Positions 52,281 through 64,000 of a stretch of 64,000 nt of DNA are shown here, one piece after another (positions within the stretch are counted from its first letter, which is position 1; every line of letters begins with the position of its first letter). Source of the DNA: Octopus vulgaris (taxonomy: Eukaryota). The stretch spans positions 17,670,001 through 17,734,000 of the forward strand of contig OX597826.1 in NCBI GenBank assembly GCA_951406725.2, read 5' to 3'. A program made the translations under genes and the position numbers. Under the pieces are notes generated by a model that saw only the letters and a program-made list of their open reading frames with translations, had not been told where the DNA came from and made no database searches.

Positions 52281-52712
52281 GTTTTTATATATATGCCTCT
52301 AAGTCCAGGTACAGAAGGGAACAAGGGGGCCCTACCCCTATTGATACATAACACCTACCTTAATGTAATACTGATCCCATGTATTGTATCTTGGGCATCT
52401 AAATGTGGCAGAGTTCGTTACTTTCCAAGTATCATAGCTGATTTCTTCTAGTGAGAGAAAGTAAAGGAGAAGTAACAGCTAGTATTTATCGGCCCAAAAG
52501 GAATGCAGAGTACACACACACACACACACACGCACACTCACACACACACATACATATAGAGAGTGAGATTTGTATAGTTGTGTTAAGAAATAGAATGGTC
52601 AGTGAAATACGACATCAAATATTTTATAGAAACATTTGTGTGCTTGGGGTATACCTGAGTCTGCGTACGTGACAGGCTAACACACCTGTAATCATTATTA
52701 TAATAGACTGAC

Positions 52713-52930
52713 AAGGTAGTGAGCTGACAGAACTTTTAGCACACTGGGCAAAATGCTTTGTAGCTTTTAATTGATCTTTACGTTGTGAGTTCAAATTGTT
52801 GCTAAGGTTGACTTTGCCTTTCATCTTTTCAGGATTGATAAAATAAGTACCAGTTGCACACTGGGGGTCAATGTAATCGACTATCCCCTTCCCCCAAATT
52901 TCAGGCCTTGTGCCTACAGCAGAAAGGATT
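52713..52930 (+). mobile_element. SINE family B
   Basis: Homology to the other family B copies. Confidence 0.7.
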
Positions 52931-53664
52931 GCTATAGTAGATTGACACCATTACTGATCTTTATATTTTGTCTTGTTGGAACTATTGTTATTATTATTCG
53001 GTGAGACCTATTAAGCTGTTAGTTTAGTTATAGCATTTAGAACATCTGATACAAAATGTGAATCTGATTGATTGCTGATGACATTGTAACACAATTTCTT
53101 GCCTCTATCTCCTTCGTACAATGTTTTCTTTTATAGCGCAGAACACGTGTATGTTTAATGAATCAGAATTTTTTCTAAACCCTGCCAGCTCTATTGTGGT
53201 CTTGGATATTGATGTAGATATCAAGCAACAATTATTTGTGCGTCCATGAGTGTGGGTGTGTATGAGAGAGATAGAGAGAGTGTCAGCAAAGTAGAGAGCG
53301 CATATATATATATACATATACACACACACACATACTTATACACATATACATACATACACATGCAACATTCAAGTGGTACTTGTTTGGCAAGTGACTTGAT
53401 CTGAGAACTTATGTTGAAAGTGAAACAATTATAAAGAAGTATTATTTCAGTTATTTCTGAAGACACAAAAGACATGTTTATTTACCATTTGTTAACAGTA
53501 AAGTCTGATAAAAAGCATTAAAAATGTCCATTGCACTGTTGTGACCTGGTCTCTGAAACAATTCAGATGTCATGTTACCATATGAGTGACCAGATCAGAA
53601 AAGTACAATGAAGTGTTATCGATCCTTTCAAACAGACTGCACTACAACTCACAGTGTGATTCAA

Positions 53665-53884
53665 CCCTTTGGCATTCAGATTCTTCTGTAAACTTTAATA
53701 TTTATTTATTCACAGTGTTTTCAATTAATTATGCATTATCTCATAGCTGTGAGACTTTGATGATGTGATTGCTTATTTTTATTATGCTACTGTAGGGTAG
53801 GTGTGAGTGGTTTGATCAGGCTGTTTAGAACATAAAACAAATCAAATATTCAGGCCGGGTATGGCTTGTTTAAATGCTAAAGGG
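53665..53884. mobile_element. piggyBac-like MITE (opposite orientation)
   Basis: CCCTTT...AAAGGG-TTAA ends. Confidence 0.7.
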
Positions 53885-54439
53885 TTAAGTATTGAATAGA
53901 ATAAATCTATAACATATGATGAGATCAATGTTGCTTTTCATCGTTTTGAGATTGATGAAAATATATCAGTGTTGGGTGGTGGATTAGCGGAATTGAAAGA
54001 GTGATGGTTGAGATTGCCTTGTGGTTTAGCAAAGTATTGCAGGTTCAAATTCAACTTACTTTCATGAAAAAAAAAAAAAAGTTGCCCCATTGAGGAATGG
54101 CAAAAGTGGTTGTATGCTGAGGAAGTCTTCAAGCAAGTGTCTAAACATTTTTGGTTTTCACTCTCAATACCAGTACTCCAGCTTACACAAAGGAATGCAT
54201 ATGGCCTTTTGAGTTTTGTGCAATTGACTGAAAATAGAGGAATAAATGAGAGGCACACACAGAGATGTATTGTTAAAAATTTTAATTTGTGACCACATGG
54301 TTTCAGGTTCAGTCCTACCATGTGGAATCTTGAGCAGGTGCATTCTACATTAACCAGCCTTGTAAGTGAAGTTTAAGAGATGAAGACTGTACTACTGCAT
54401 AATGTTTGTGTGTATATACTGATATATGTTGTATATTGT

Positions 54440-55650
54440 TTACATTATTTACATTCAATGGATATTTGTCCTCATCTTGTTTGTTGTTAACATATTCCGG
54501 CTGATATACCTTCCAGCTTTCTTCAGGTGTCTTGGGGAAATTTCAAACCTGGGTTCTCATCCCTAAGGTATTTTTCGATGTTATTATTATTATTATTATT
54601 ATTATTGTTCAGGTCACTGCTCAGAATCTTGGGGTTAGTAGCCTGCACTCTTAACCACTATGCCATATGCCCATGGGTAATTATGGAGTGAATTTTAGGG
54701 CTTATAAATCTAATATTTTTCTATCTTTCCTTAATATTGGTTCCCATATGCTGCTCATATCTGCACTCGGTTTGCTTAGGAGGGTGTTGTGTCCTAGCAT
54801 ATGTACTGCTTCTTTTAGTTTTCGTATTTTCCAGTGGTGTTTTCTGTCTATTATGCATCGGTAATAGCCAATATATACATGAAATACTTTGCCTATTATT
54901 CACCGGTAATAGCCAATATATTACATGGAATACTTTGAGAATTTGTCTTAAGGATCATCACCACTAAAACCAACACTATGGCTACGATATGTTGATGACA
55001 CCTTTATTCTCTGGCCCCACCAGGAAGATGTCCAAGTGCTGTTAGATCATGTGAACTCAATACAGCCATCTATACAGTTCACAATGGAAAAGGAAAAAGA
55101 CAATCAGCTGGCATTCCTGGATGTATTAATAACACGCACCAAGTATGGATTCAGGACATCCATATACTGCAAGCCAACCTTCACTGGAGGATACCTCAGC
55201 TTCAATTCCCACCATCCATAGAGTGTAAAGAGAGGGATTGCTCAGTGCCTAAAACATCATGCAAAGAATATATGTAACGATCGTGATACACCCCACGAAG
55301 AAATGATCAAGCTCAATAACAATCTGTTAAGCAACAACTACCCCAAAAGTATACTATCCACTCCAATTATGAAAAGGAGAGAAGATGAGGCCAAAAAACT
55401 GTCCACAGTCTGTCTACTCTATGTGAAAGGCCTCTCCAAAAAGATACAAAAGATACAAAATAAATTCATGAATTTTTTCAACATATAAACATTCACGTTT
55501 TTGGTTCGACCTTTAAACATTACAAACTTGCTCTCTCATGAAATATAATTTTCTTACTATAACACCATACGCTATTTTAAACATTACAAACTTGCTCTCT
55601 CATGAAATATAATCAGGACAGTATTCAAGAGTAATACAACACTTCGCAAA
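54440..55650 (+). mobile_element. Penelope-like element fragment (Penelope/Poseidon type) with inverted pLTR
   Basis: WLRYVDDTF...IQFTMEKEKDNQLAFLDVLI...KPTFTGGYLSFNSHHP; continues RTVFKSNTTLRK after an insertion. A degenerate hammerhead lies upstream on the minus strand. Confidence 0.85.
54489..54531 (-). ncRNA. Degenerate minimal hammerhead ribozyme
   Basis: Minus strand GACAC-CTGAAGA-aaGCTG-loop-CAGCc-GGAA-t-ATGTT; GAAA is mutated and stem III is damaged. Confidence 0.5.
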
Positions 55651-55659
55651 CGTTACAAC

Positions 55660-58600
55660 TAATGAAGTTGATAACCAGACTCCATTTCACCTGACCATGT
55701 AGCAAATTCCATGGGCAAATTCAAATATGACCCTGAAGAAGGAGTAACCTTCGAGGCTTACTTTCAAAGATTTGAACAAATTTTTTAAAAAGAATGTCAA
55801 GATTGCACAGATGGAATGAAAACACATCTAGTTTTTTAAAAACTAGTGACAGCAGAGCATGAGAAGTATAGTAGCTTCATATTGCCCAAAAAAGCGTCCG
55901 GCATAAATTTCACCTACGCACTTGGCATTCTGTGCAAAATGTTTAGTGAAAAGAGCTCACTGTTTTATACTAGATAGGGATGTTTAAACATAGAAAAGAG
56001 CAAAGATGAAGACTTCACTACTTACACAGACAGAGTCAACAAAGAATCTGAGAGATTTAGGCTGGATATGCTTACTCCAGATTCTTTCAAGTGTTTGGTT
56101 TTTGAACAAGGATTGACAAATGAAAGGGATGCAGAAATCCAAACAAAAATTCTAGCAAAACTGGAAATGAACCAGGATTTGACATTGCAGAAACTGTTGG
56201 AAGAATGTGACATGATATTGAAATTAATGCATGACGTGGAAGAAATTCAACGGAAAGAGTGTTTTCACATAAGACCAGTGCAAAAAAGTTGTAAGACAAA
56301 TAAAGTGTTACAGGAAAAATCGAAAAGATATTGGGATGTAGACCCATGTACAGCATGTGGTAGGATGCACCTGAAAAAGATTGTCCGTATAAATAAGCAA
56401 AGTGTTTTTGCTGCAGGTTTACAGGACATAAATTCATACTGCAAGACTAGAATGATAGGAAAATGGAACAAACAAAAAAAAATAATAATTTGTTAGCAGG
56501 AAACGTTGTGACTGCAACAAACAGAATATACGTGAATGTGAGAATTGAAACCACTAGTGTCAGAATTCAATTAGACATGGGAAGTGACATCACAATCATA
56601 AATGAGAAAACATGGGAACGGGCAAAATAGCGTATGGTGTTATAGTAAGAAAATTATATTTCATGAGAGAGCAAGTTTGTAATGTTTAAAGGTCGAACCA
56701 AAAACGTGAATGTTTATATGTTGAAAAAATTCATGAATTTATTTGGCACTGAATGTATGGAGAAATGTGATTTATGGGATCCACCCATAAGCACTTCGTG
56801 CAATAATGGAAACTGAGTAGTCAGACAATTGAATGAGGTTGATAAACTGAGACAAAAAACAAAAAAATTACCTAAAAGATTTTTCAGAAGGTTTAGGCTG
56901 TTGCACAAAAACAAAAGCAAGGATTGCTATCAAAGAAAATTCAACACCTATTTGCTGGACCAAATGGAACATGCTGTTTGTGTCGGTAGACCAGATCAGT
57001 GAAGATCTAGAAAAGTTAGAATGCCTGAATATGATTGAAAAGATTGACCATGCAGAATGGGCAGTACTGGTGGTCTATGTAAAAAATAATGATAATAAGC
57101 TAAGAGTGTGCGCAGACTTCTCAACTAGGTTAAACAACTGCTTGCTTGCACACAGTTACCCACTACCAAACCCTGGAGAAGTACTTGCTAAACTAAATGG
57201 AGGGAAAATTTTCTCAAAGTTGGGCCTCCCAGAGGCGTAGCTTCAAATTCAGTTAGAGGAAGATTGAACACATCTTACTAACAATCAAGATGCACCATGG
57301 ATTGTACAAGCTCAAACAACTGCCATTTGGAGTAAAAGTGGCACCCATCATATTCCAACCAAATAATAGAGTGATGTTAAGTGACTGCAACTTTGCCATC
57401 ACATACATCGATGACATTTTGATAAAAAGTGAGTTTTGGGTGTAACACATAAAGAAAGTATTCAAAGAACTAAGTGAATATGGACTGAAACTGACTGAAG
57501 AAAAATGTGAATTTTTGATGGAACAATTAAAATACCTAGGTCAGGTAACTGACGAAAGTGGATGCAGACCAGACCCATCAAGGGCGACGGCAATACAAAA
57601 TATGCCACCCTTGACAGATGTGACAATGCTACAAGCATTCCTAGGCTTTGTAAATTATTACCAAATGTACATCCCAAATATACATAAGGTAAGGGCACCA
57701 CTTAATGAATTATTAAAAAAAAAACAAATACCAAATGGGTTCTGATAGAGAAATGCCAGAAAGCATTTGAGTTAAAAATTGTGTTAACTTCAGACTTGTA
57801 TATCTTACACATTTCAACCCAAAGTTAGAAATAATACTAGCTACAGATGATAGTTAGTATAGGATAGGAGCCGTACTCCTACATAAAGACAACAATGGCA
57901 TGAGAAATGCCGTAGCTCACACATCGAGGACATTATTGCCGGCAGAAAAGCGGCATTGGTTTATTATATTTGGCATAAAAAAGTTCCACAGGTTCATTCA
58001 TGGCAGAGGTTTTTGGTTGCAAACTGATCATAGACTTCTTATAATGATATACAGACCCAAGAAAAGAATCCCAACACATGCGGCAAACAGACAGTAGTGG
58101 TAGGGTACCATTCTGTTAAACTACAATTATAGAATGGAATATCTGCCTTCAAAAAAGTTGGGACATGCCGATGGTTTGTTTAGGTTAATTCAGAGAAATA
58201 ATGAACCACTGGAGAACACTGCAATAGCAGTGCTAAGAGTGGAAGCGGAAACAAAAGAAGTGATGTGGAACATTGTATGTGAACTATGAGTAACTTTGGA
58301 AGAAATAAAAAGAAATGCAACAAATGGCAAATTTATTAATGAGACAAAAAGAAAACTGTGGTCGACAAAAGTAAATAAAGAAAAGTCTGATGCAAATAAC
58401 CGCCAAGATGTGAGCTTGTACTGTATATGTAATGGCGTACTAATGTACGCTTAGAGGGTGGTCATACCACAGACATAACAGAAGAGAATACTAAAAGAGT
58501 TCCATGTGGGACATCCAGGCATCTCTAGAAGGAAAGTGCTGATGCGAAGTTTCATATACTGGTTAAGCATGGACAAGGAAGTTGAAAACCTGGTAAAAGG

Positions 58601-59833
58601 CTGCAGAGGATGTGTGCAGGCAGTGAAACTACCTACTACAAAATGTGAACTTTAGCCAGAAGTGAAAATACCATGGTCCCAATTGCATATCAATTCTGCA
58701 AGCCTGGTAAATGGATATTGTTACTTAATAGTATTGGATCACTACACAAAATGACCTCAGGTTGCAAGGTGTAAACGACCAACCTCATATATGGTAATAA
58801 ACTTCTTACATGAGCTGTTCACAAGATTTGGTGTACCAGATATAATTGTCTCTAGTAATGGAACACAGTTTGTATCCTGTGAGTTTAAAAGATTCTTTGA
58901 AATGTTTATGTTAGAACATAAAATTATATCACCTTAAATCGAATGGAAGGTCTGAACAGGTCATGGACACTTTTAAGAGAGCTTTAAAGATAGCTAATAA
59001 GGAAGCCATGGACAAGGTCATGATCCAACAGTTCTTAAGGGTATACAGGATAACTCCGAACCCAGATGCACCAGAAGGAAATTCACCCACAGAATTAATG
59101 TTTGCCAGAAAGGTGAAGTCACTTACCATTGAAGAAAAGAATATGTGCTAGTAAAGACATGTTGAAATTCTTTAGAATTGGTGATAAGGTATTTGTAAGA
59201 ATGTACAAAAGTGGCAACTAATACTGGGAAGAAGGGGAAATCGTAACATACATAGGGAGAATGATGTATGGTGTAAGAAGCAGAAATGGAATGGAAAAGA
59301 GACATAGAAAACCGATTATGGAAAGAGTCATGGAAAAGGAACCAACAAGAGTACAAATACAGATGGATTGGCTCTATGACACTTTTCAGGTCCCAACACC
59401 ATTACAAGAAGTCAAAACCCCATGTACAAGGAAAAGAAAGAACATTGAATTCTTGAAAGTAGACCCTAAGAAGCTAAGATATTGTATAGATAAAAAAAAA
59501 GTCGGAGGTGGGGTGAATAAAAGAAATTGATTGTTAAATAGAATAATTAAAAGGGGAGATGTATTGTGAAACTGTATACCCCTCCTGGTAAAAAGTGTTA
59601 GGAGTCAGCTATTATAAATAGATCAATGGTTGGTCGTCAAGAGTAGGTCAAGAGTCAACAGCTCTAGTCGGTGGGTTGTGGAGCTATCAGCGATAATAAG
59701 ACAGAAGACTTTAGTGTATTAATATTCTAGTACAAAGAGATACAATGGTATCCGATGACTAGTGACTATTGTGACTAATAGCGTACAACGGCAGTCACAC
59801 ATCACACCAGTGGGAGGAACCCACTTTACAACA
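55660..59833 (+). mobile_element. Gypsy (Mag-like) LTR retrotransposon, decayed, 5' LTR missing
   Basis: gag FKYDPEEGVTFEAYF; protease LDMGSDITII; RT RVCADFS, LPFG, YIDD; RNase H LQTDHR; integrase HxxHPG...CxxC, SNGTQF. Domain order PR-RT-RH-IN. PPT aaaaggggaga. Confidence 0.93.
59560..59833 (+). repeat. 3' LTR of the Gypsy element
   Basis: TGTA start right after the PPT, TATAAATA at about 59613, ends TACAACA. Confidence 0.7.
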
Positions 59834-60474
59834 ATATATATGTATAAACACACATACATATTTACACACTTCTCCATAGCCACCTGCTGGCAACTTTTTT
59901 CCATCTTCTAAGGGTAAAAACCCAATCATTCTCAGCTGTTTTCGTAGCTATACAGTGTTCGAAATTTACTTTTTTGTCTGTAAAATACCAACATATTCAA
60001 AGCTTCCAAAGTTTGTTTATATATAAGCACAAAGTGTGTAGTATGAAGTTTACTTCCCAACTAAATGGTTTTGTATTCAATTCCACTGCACGGCAACAGT
60101 TTTCTGTTATAGCCCCTGTCAACTTACACATTATCAGTTGATTTGTTTGAAGGTAACTGAAAGAAGAGCCTGTTTTGTGTGTGTGTGTGTCTGTCTGTTC
60201 GTCCTTGTCTTGACTTCACGTGATCGTTGTAAGCGAGTGTCACCGTCATGCAAGTAGTGTCCTTCATTTTCAGTCTTCCACGGAATAATTTTTTGGTGAT
60301 GGGGAAATATTACATTATTTGGAAACAGATGAGGATTGGCAACATGAAGGGCATGTGGCCATAGAAAATCCACCTCGACAAATTCTGAGTGACCCAATTG
60401 ACCATGGAAAAGTGGACAATAAAACAATGATGTTGATGATGATGATAACAAATGTCTTGCAAACAAGATAACAA

Positions 60475-60661
60475 ATATTTACTTGCTTCAGTTATTAGAC
60501 TGTGACCATGCTGGGGCATTGAAGAATTTTTAATCAAATGATTCGATCTTAGGACTTATTGCTGTTTTCTTTAAGTCTAATACTTGTTCTATCAGTTCTC
60601 TTTTACAGGGATGTCAACACAACAACACCACCTGTTAAGCAGCAGTGGGAGACATCCTCAT

Positions 60662-60713
<52 letters not shown>

Positions 60714-60870
60714 CAGGCTTCTTTCAGTTTTCCTCTTCCAGACCCACTCATAAGGCTTTGGTCAGCCTGAAGATATAGACACTTGCCCTAGGTGCTATGC
60801 AATGGGACTGAACCCAGAACCATGTGCTTGGGAAGCAAGCTTCTTACCACAGAGCTGCACGTGGGGCCTG
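60475..60870 (-). mobile_element. SINE family A with (CA)n
   Basis: Homology to the other copies; (CA) tract at 60663-60712. Confidence 0.75.
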
Positions 60871-61277
60871 TATCTCTAAACCTATGTATAATTTAGTACA
60901 TGTCTACCTTCCTATAGAAATAGATCCTATGGTTAATCTGCCTACTCCTCTGTTTAGTGTGTTTGTGTGTGGGTTCAATGCCATTGCATGGCACCTTGGG
61001 CAAGCGTCTATATCTTCTAAAATTTTACTCCATCCATGAATGAACTCAGTGGTCTTGATAATGAGTTACCAAGCAATATGGCCATTAGCTCCTGGGTGGA
61101 TTACTTGAATAATTGGTTAGCATTTAGTATGCTTGGTGTTATTGATATGCTACAGGATGTTACAGATGTTTTGCTGTCATCATTCCTTCATTTAAATATA
61201 AGCACAAACAACTGACTCAACACCAGCCAACTTCATTGTTAGCATGCATAAATATGTGTATATTTGAGAACAGTGTG

Positions 61278-61310
61278 TGAGAGATAGATAGAGAGAGAGA
61301 GAGGGAGAGG

Positions 61311-61346
<36 letters not shown>

Positions 61347-61363
61347 GAGAGAGAGATAGAGAT
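61278..61363. repeat. (GA)n microsatellite
   Basis: Directly visible. Confidence 0.95.
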
Positions 61364-62097
61364 AGGTATCATATGTACTACTATGAGTAATGAAAAGGGT
61401 GAAAGTGTCTTGCTTGACTAAATGTTCTTCTACCTTGAATGAAGTTTGTTCCTTCTTCTTTCTCTCTTGCCCCTCCTGTCCTGCTGCTGTTACTGGGGTG
61501 AACTATTTATATTTCTTTTATCTTTTACTTTTTTTCAATCCTTTGACTGCACCAAGAACATTTTTCTTTTAGACTAGTGCTTATTCTATCTGTGTCTTTT
61601 GCCAAACTACTAAGTCATGGAGATGTAAAAACATCAACACCAGTTATCAAGTGGTGGTGAGGGACAGACACAGACACAAAGAAACACACACACACACATA
61701 CACACACACACACACACACACGCCACGCACACACACACATACATAAAAGTGAATTTGGAGGAATATATTACTCAGATGTATTAGCTTCAGTTAAGTCCCA
61801 GTCAACTGCTAACCACTTCAATCAGTATTTAATGTCTGGGACTACAATTTGTTGCTTGTCAAAAGTTTAAAATAAAACACTACATACTTGTTAATATATC
61901 ACCACTACAAGCTATAATACTAAATTACCAGTAACTAATATAAACATTAAGTTTCATTAAATAAAAACTAATAAAAGTACTTATAATTAACTATTATTAT
62001 AAACCTTGCTATGTTTAAAGACAATTAAAACTGTTTAAAAGATAAAACTACAAGTGTACGCTGTGTACGCTTCACTGGATGGAAAAAATTGTCTGGA

Positions 62098-62651
62098 GTC
62101 ATCATCATCATCATCATCATTTAGCGTCCGTTTTCCATGCTAGCATGGGTTGGACGGTTCAACTGGGGTCTGGGAGCCCGAAGGCTGCACCAGGCCAGTC
62201 AGATCTGGCAGTGTTTCTACAGCTGGATGCCCTTCCTAACGCCAACCACTCCGAGAGTGTAGTGGGTGATTTTATGTGCCACCGACACAGGTGCCAGACG
62301 AGGCTGGCGAACGGCCACGCTCGGATGGTGTTTTTATGTGCCACCGACACAGGTGCCAGACGAGGCTGGCAGACGGCCACGCTCGGATGGTGTTTTTATG
62401 TGCCACCGACACAGGTGGAGGCTGGCGGACGGCCACGCTTGGTGTTTTATGTGCCACCGACACAGGTGCCAGACGAGGCTGGCGGACGGCCACGCTCGGA
62501 TGGTGTTTTTATGTGCCACCGACACAGGTGCCAGATGAGGCTGGCGGACGGCCACGATCGGATGGTGTTTGTTACGTCCCCAAAGCACGGAGGCCAGTCT
62601 ATGCGGTACTGGCTACGGCCACGTTCGGATGATTTTCTTGTGTGCCACCGG
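62098..62651 (-). mobile_element. Young RTE tail with a ~59-bp tandem array (62266-62651)
   Basis: (CAT)n tail. About 6 units of tttatgtgccaccgacacaggtgccagacgaggctggcggacggccacgctcggatggtgtt, CpGs retained. Confidence 0.85.
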
Positions 62652-62769
62652 CTATTATTAATAGTAAAGAGTATGGAGAGTTGTACATCCACAAAATTTA
62701 TTTTATAATCTTATACAGCATCTCATAATGGCCTACACTGAGTTCACTTCGAGGATGACCAAATGGATG

Positions 62770-62855
62770 GACCCTGATGAAGCTACACTGGCAGTAATGC
62801 AAGGTGGCATTTGCCACAGTGAGTAGTAGCTTCAGCAGAAACACATGTGTAGGTC
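62770..62855 (+). ncRNA. Type I hammerhead-ribozyme-like motif with extended stem II
   Basis: Stem I GACC/GGTC. CTGATGA at 62774-62780, GAAA at 62838-62841. Palindromic stem III ACACATGTGT. GUA cleavage triplet at 62849-62851. Confidence 0.62.
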
Positions 62856-62949
62856 ATTATAATGTGTGGCATAAGATTATTGAATAAATTTTGTGCATGT
62901 ACAAGTTTCCATACTCTTTAATAATAATAATTATAATAATATATATATA

Positions 62950-63302
62950 TTCTTTTATTCTTTTGTTTCAGTCATTTGACTGTGGCTATGCTGGAGCACC
63001 ACCTTTAGTTGAACAAATTGACCCCAGGACTTATTCTTTGTAAGCGTAGTGCTTATTTTATCAGTCTCTTTTGCCGAACTGTTAAGTTACGGAGATGTAA
63101 ACATACCAACATCGCTTGTCAAGCGATGGCGGGGGAACAGACACACAAACATTATATATATACACACACACACATACGACAGGCTTCTTCAAATTTCTGT
63201 CTACCAAAGCTATTGTAGAAGACACTTATCCAAGGTGCCATGCAATGGGACTGAACCCAGGACTGTGTGGTTGGTAAGGAAGCTACTTACCACACAGCAA
63301 CT

Positions 63303-63305
<3 letters not shown>
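62950..63305 (-). mobile_element. SINE family A (internal deletion)
   Basis: Homology to the other copies. Confidence 0.8.
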
Positions 63306-63350
<45 letters not shown>

Positions 63351-63509
63351 TAGGTGCAAAGTAGTGTTTAGGTATGAGCAGAATTTAGTACCAGTAAAGA
63401 GATTTTTTCTCTGTGACAACTGCAGTGTATTTGCCTTTAGCAGCTGAAATATATGACAAACATATTTCAACTATCCTAAAGTCTGCATATATATATATAT
63501 ATATATTGG

Positions 63510-63985
63510 TAGACTTTTATCTTTCTTCATGTGAGTTCCTTAAAGACCTATGTGCTAGGAAAAAGATGGGTTTGCTTAAACAACTTGATGGATGCTGCAG
63601 ATATATAGATGATATATTTATACCTAATCATGGTTTCTTTGAATTTTTACTCAGAAAAATATACCCGAGTGAGCTTATAGCCACCAGAAATGGTAACAAT
63701 ATCAGAAATATTAATTATTTAGATGTCAATCTAGTAATTAAGGATAATAATGAAATATGTCCTGACATTTATAATCAAAACAGAAGATTTTGGTTTCTAA
63801 GTAGCTTCAATGTTCGGTAGTAAAATCCCTTCTTTTGTTGGTTATGATGTTTTTGAAGGGCAAATTGTTAGATATAGTACTATTATTAATAATTTTTTGA
63901 AAAGAATAAATAAGCTGTTAAGACATTTAGTAAAACAAGGGTATAAATATGGTAAATTGGCTCAAACTTTTAATTGCTGTTTATA
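63510..63985 (+). mobile_element. Penelope-like RT C-terminal fragment, Naiad-like
   Basis: RYIDDIF...KIYPSEL...NYLDVNL...DIYN; flanked by (TA)n and (TAA)n. Confidence 0.65.
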
Positions 63986-64000
63986 ATAATAATAATAATA

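Noticed and set aside
62079-62708. 209-aa ORF and overlapping ORFs
   Set aside because: They arise from a GC-rich 59-bp tandem array in an RTE tail that is open in several frames; there is no protein signature.
62777-62835. SECIS element
   Set aside because: AUGA is opposed by Watson-Crick UUCA rather than the GA quartet, and there is no associated UGA-containing ORF.
40922-64000. Further ATP10 exons
   Set aside because: No VGD...PAD...LDGETNLK-type exon was seen, so the region is treated as intron; very small exons could have been missed.

Overview
AT-rich, repeat-dominated animal genomic DNA. The SINE families, RTE LINEs with (GAT)n tails and (TA)n/(CA)n microsatellites suggest an octopod cephalopod (inference from recognised repeats, not proven). 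There are two host genes in divergent orientation. COMMD8 lies on the minus strand with three phase-0 coding exons (37133-37056, 5940-5779, 4576-4421) and a 31-kb first intron; its last exons fall outside the window. An ATP10-class P4-ATPase lies on the plus strand with its first conserved coding exon at about 40533-40921, followed by more than 23 kb with no recognisable exon 2. Almost everything else is decayed mobile DNA: RTE LINEs and their tails, three tRNA-derived SINE families, four mariner and two Tc1 remnants, piggyBac-, Tigger- and Merlin-like MITEs, a Helitron helicase fragment, two Penelope-like RT fragments, a decayed Gypsy element and a non-coding LTR element. The most interesting observations are: (i) a COMMD8-ATP10 head-to-head pair that mirrors human COMMD8-ATP10D; (ii) an LTR element whose U5 end is a periodic stack of LTR-end plus tRNA-Trp PBS units; (iii) hammerhead-ribozyme-like motifs with unusually long stem II; (iv) a perfect 121-bp inverted templated insertion; (v) a SINE inserted antisense into a copy of its own family, giving competing long helices. 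No prokaryotic features or CRISPR array. TE boundaries were read by eye and are approximate unless a TSD or TIR is given.
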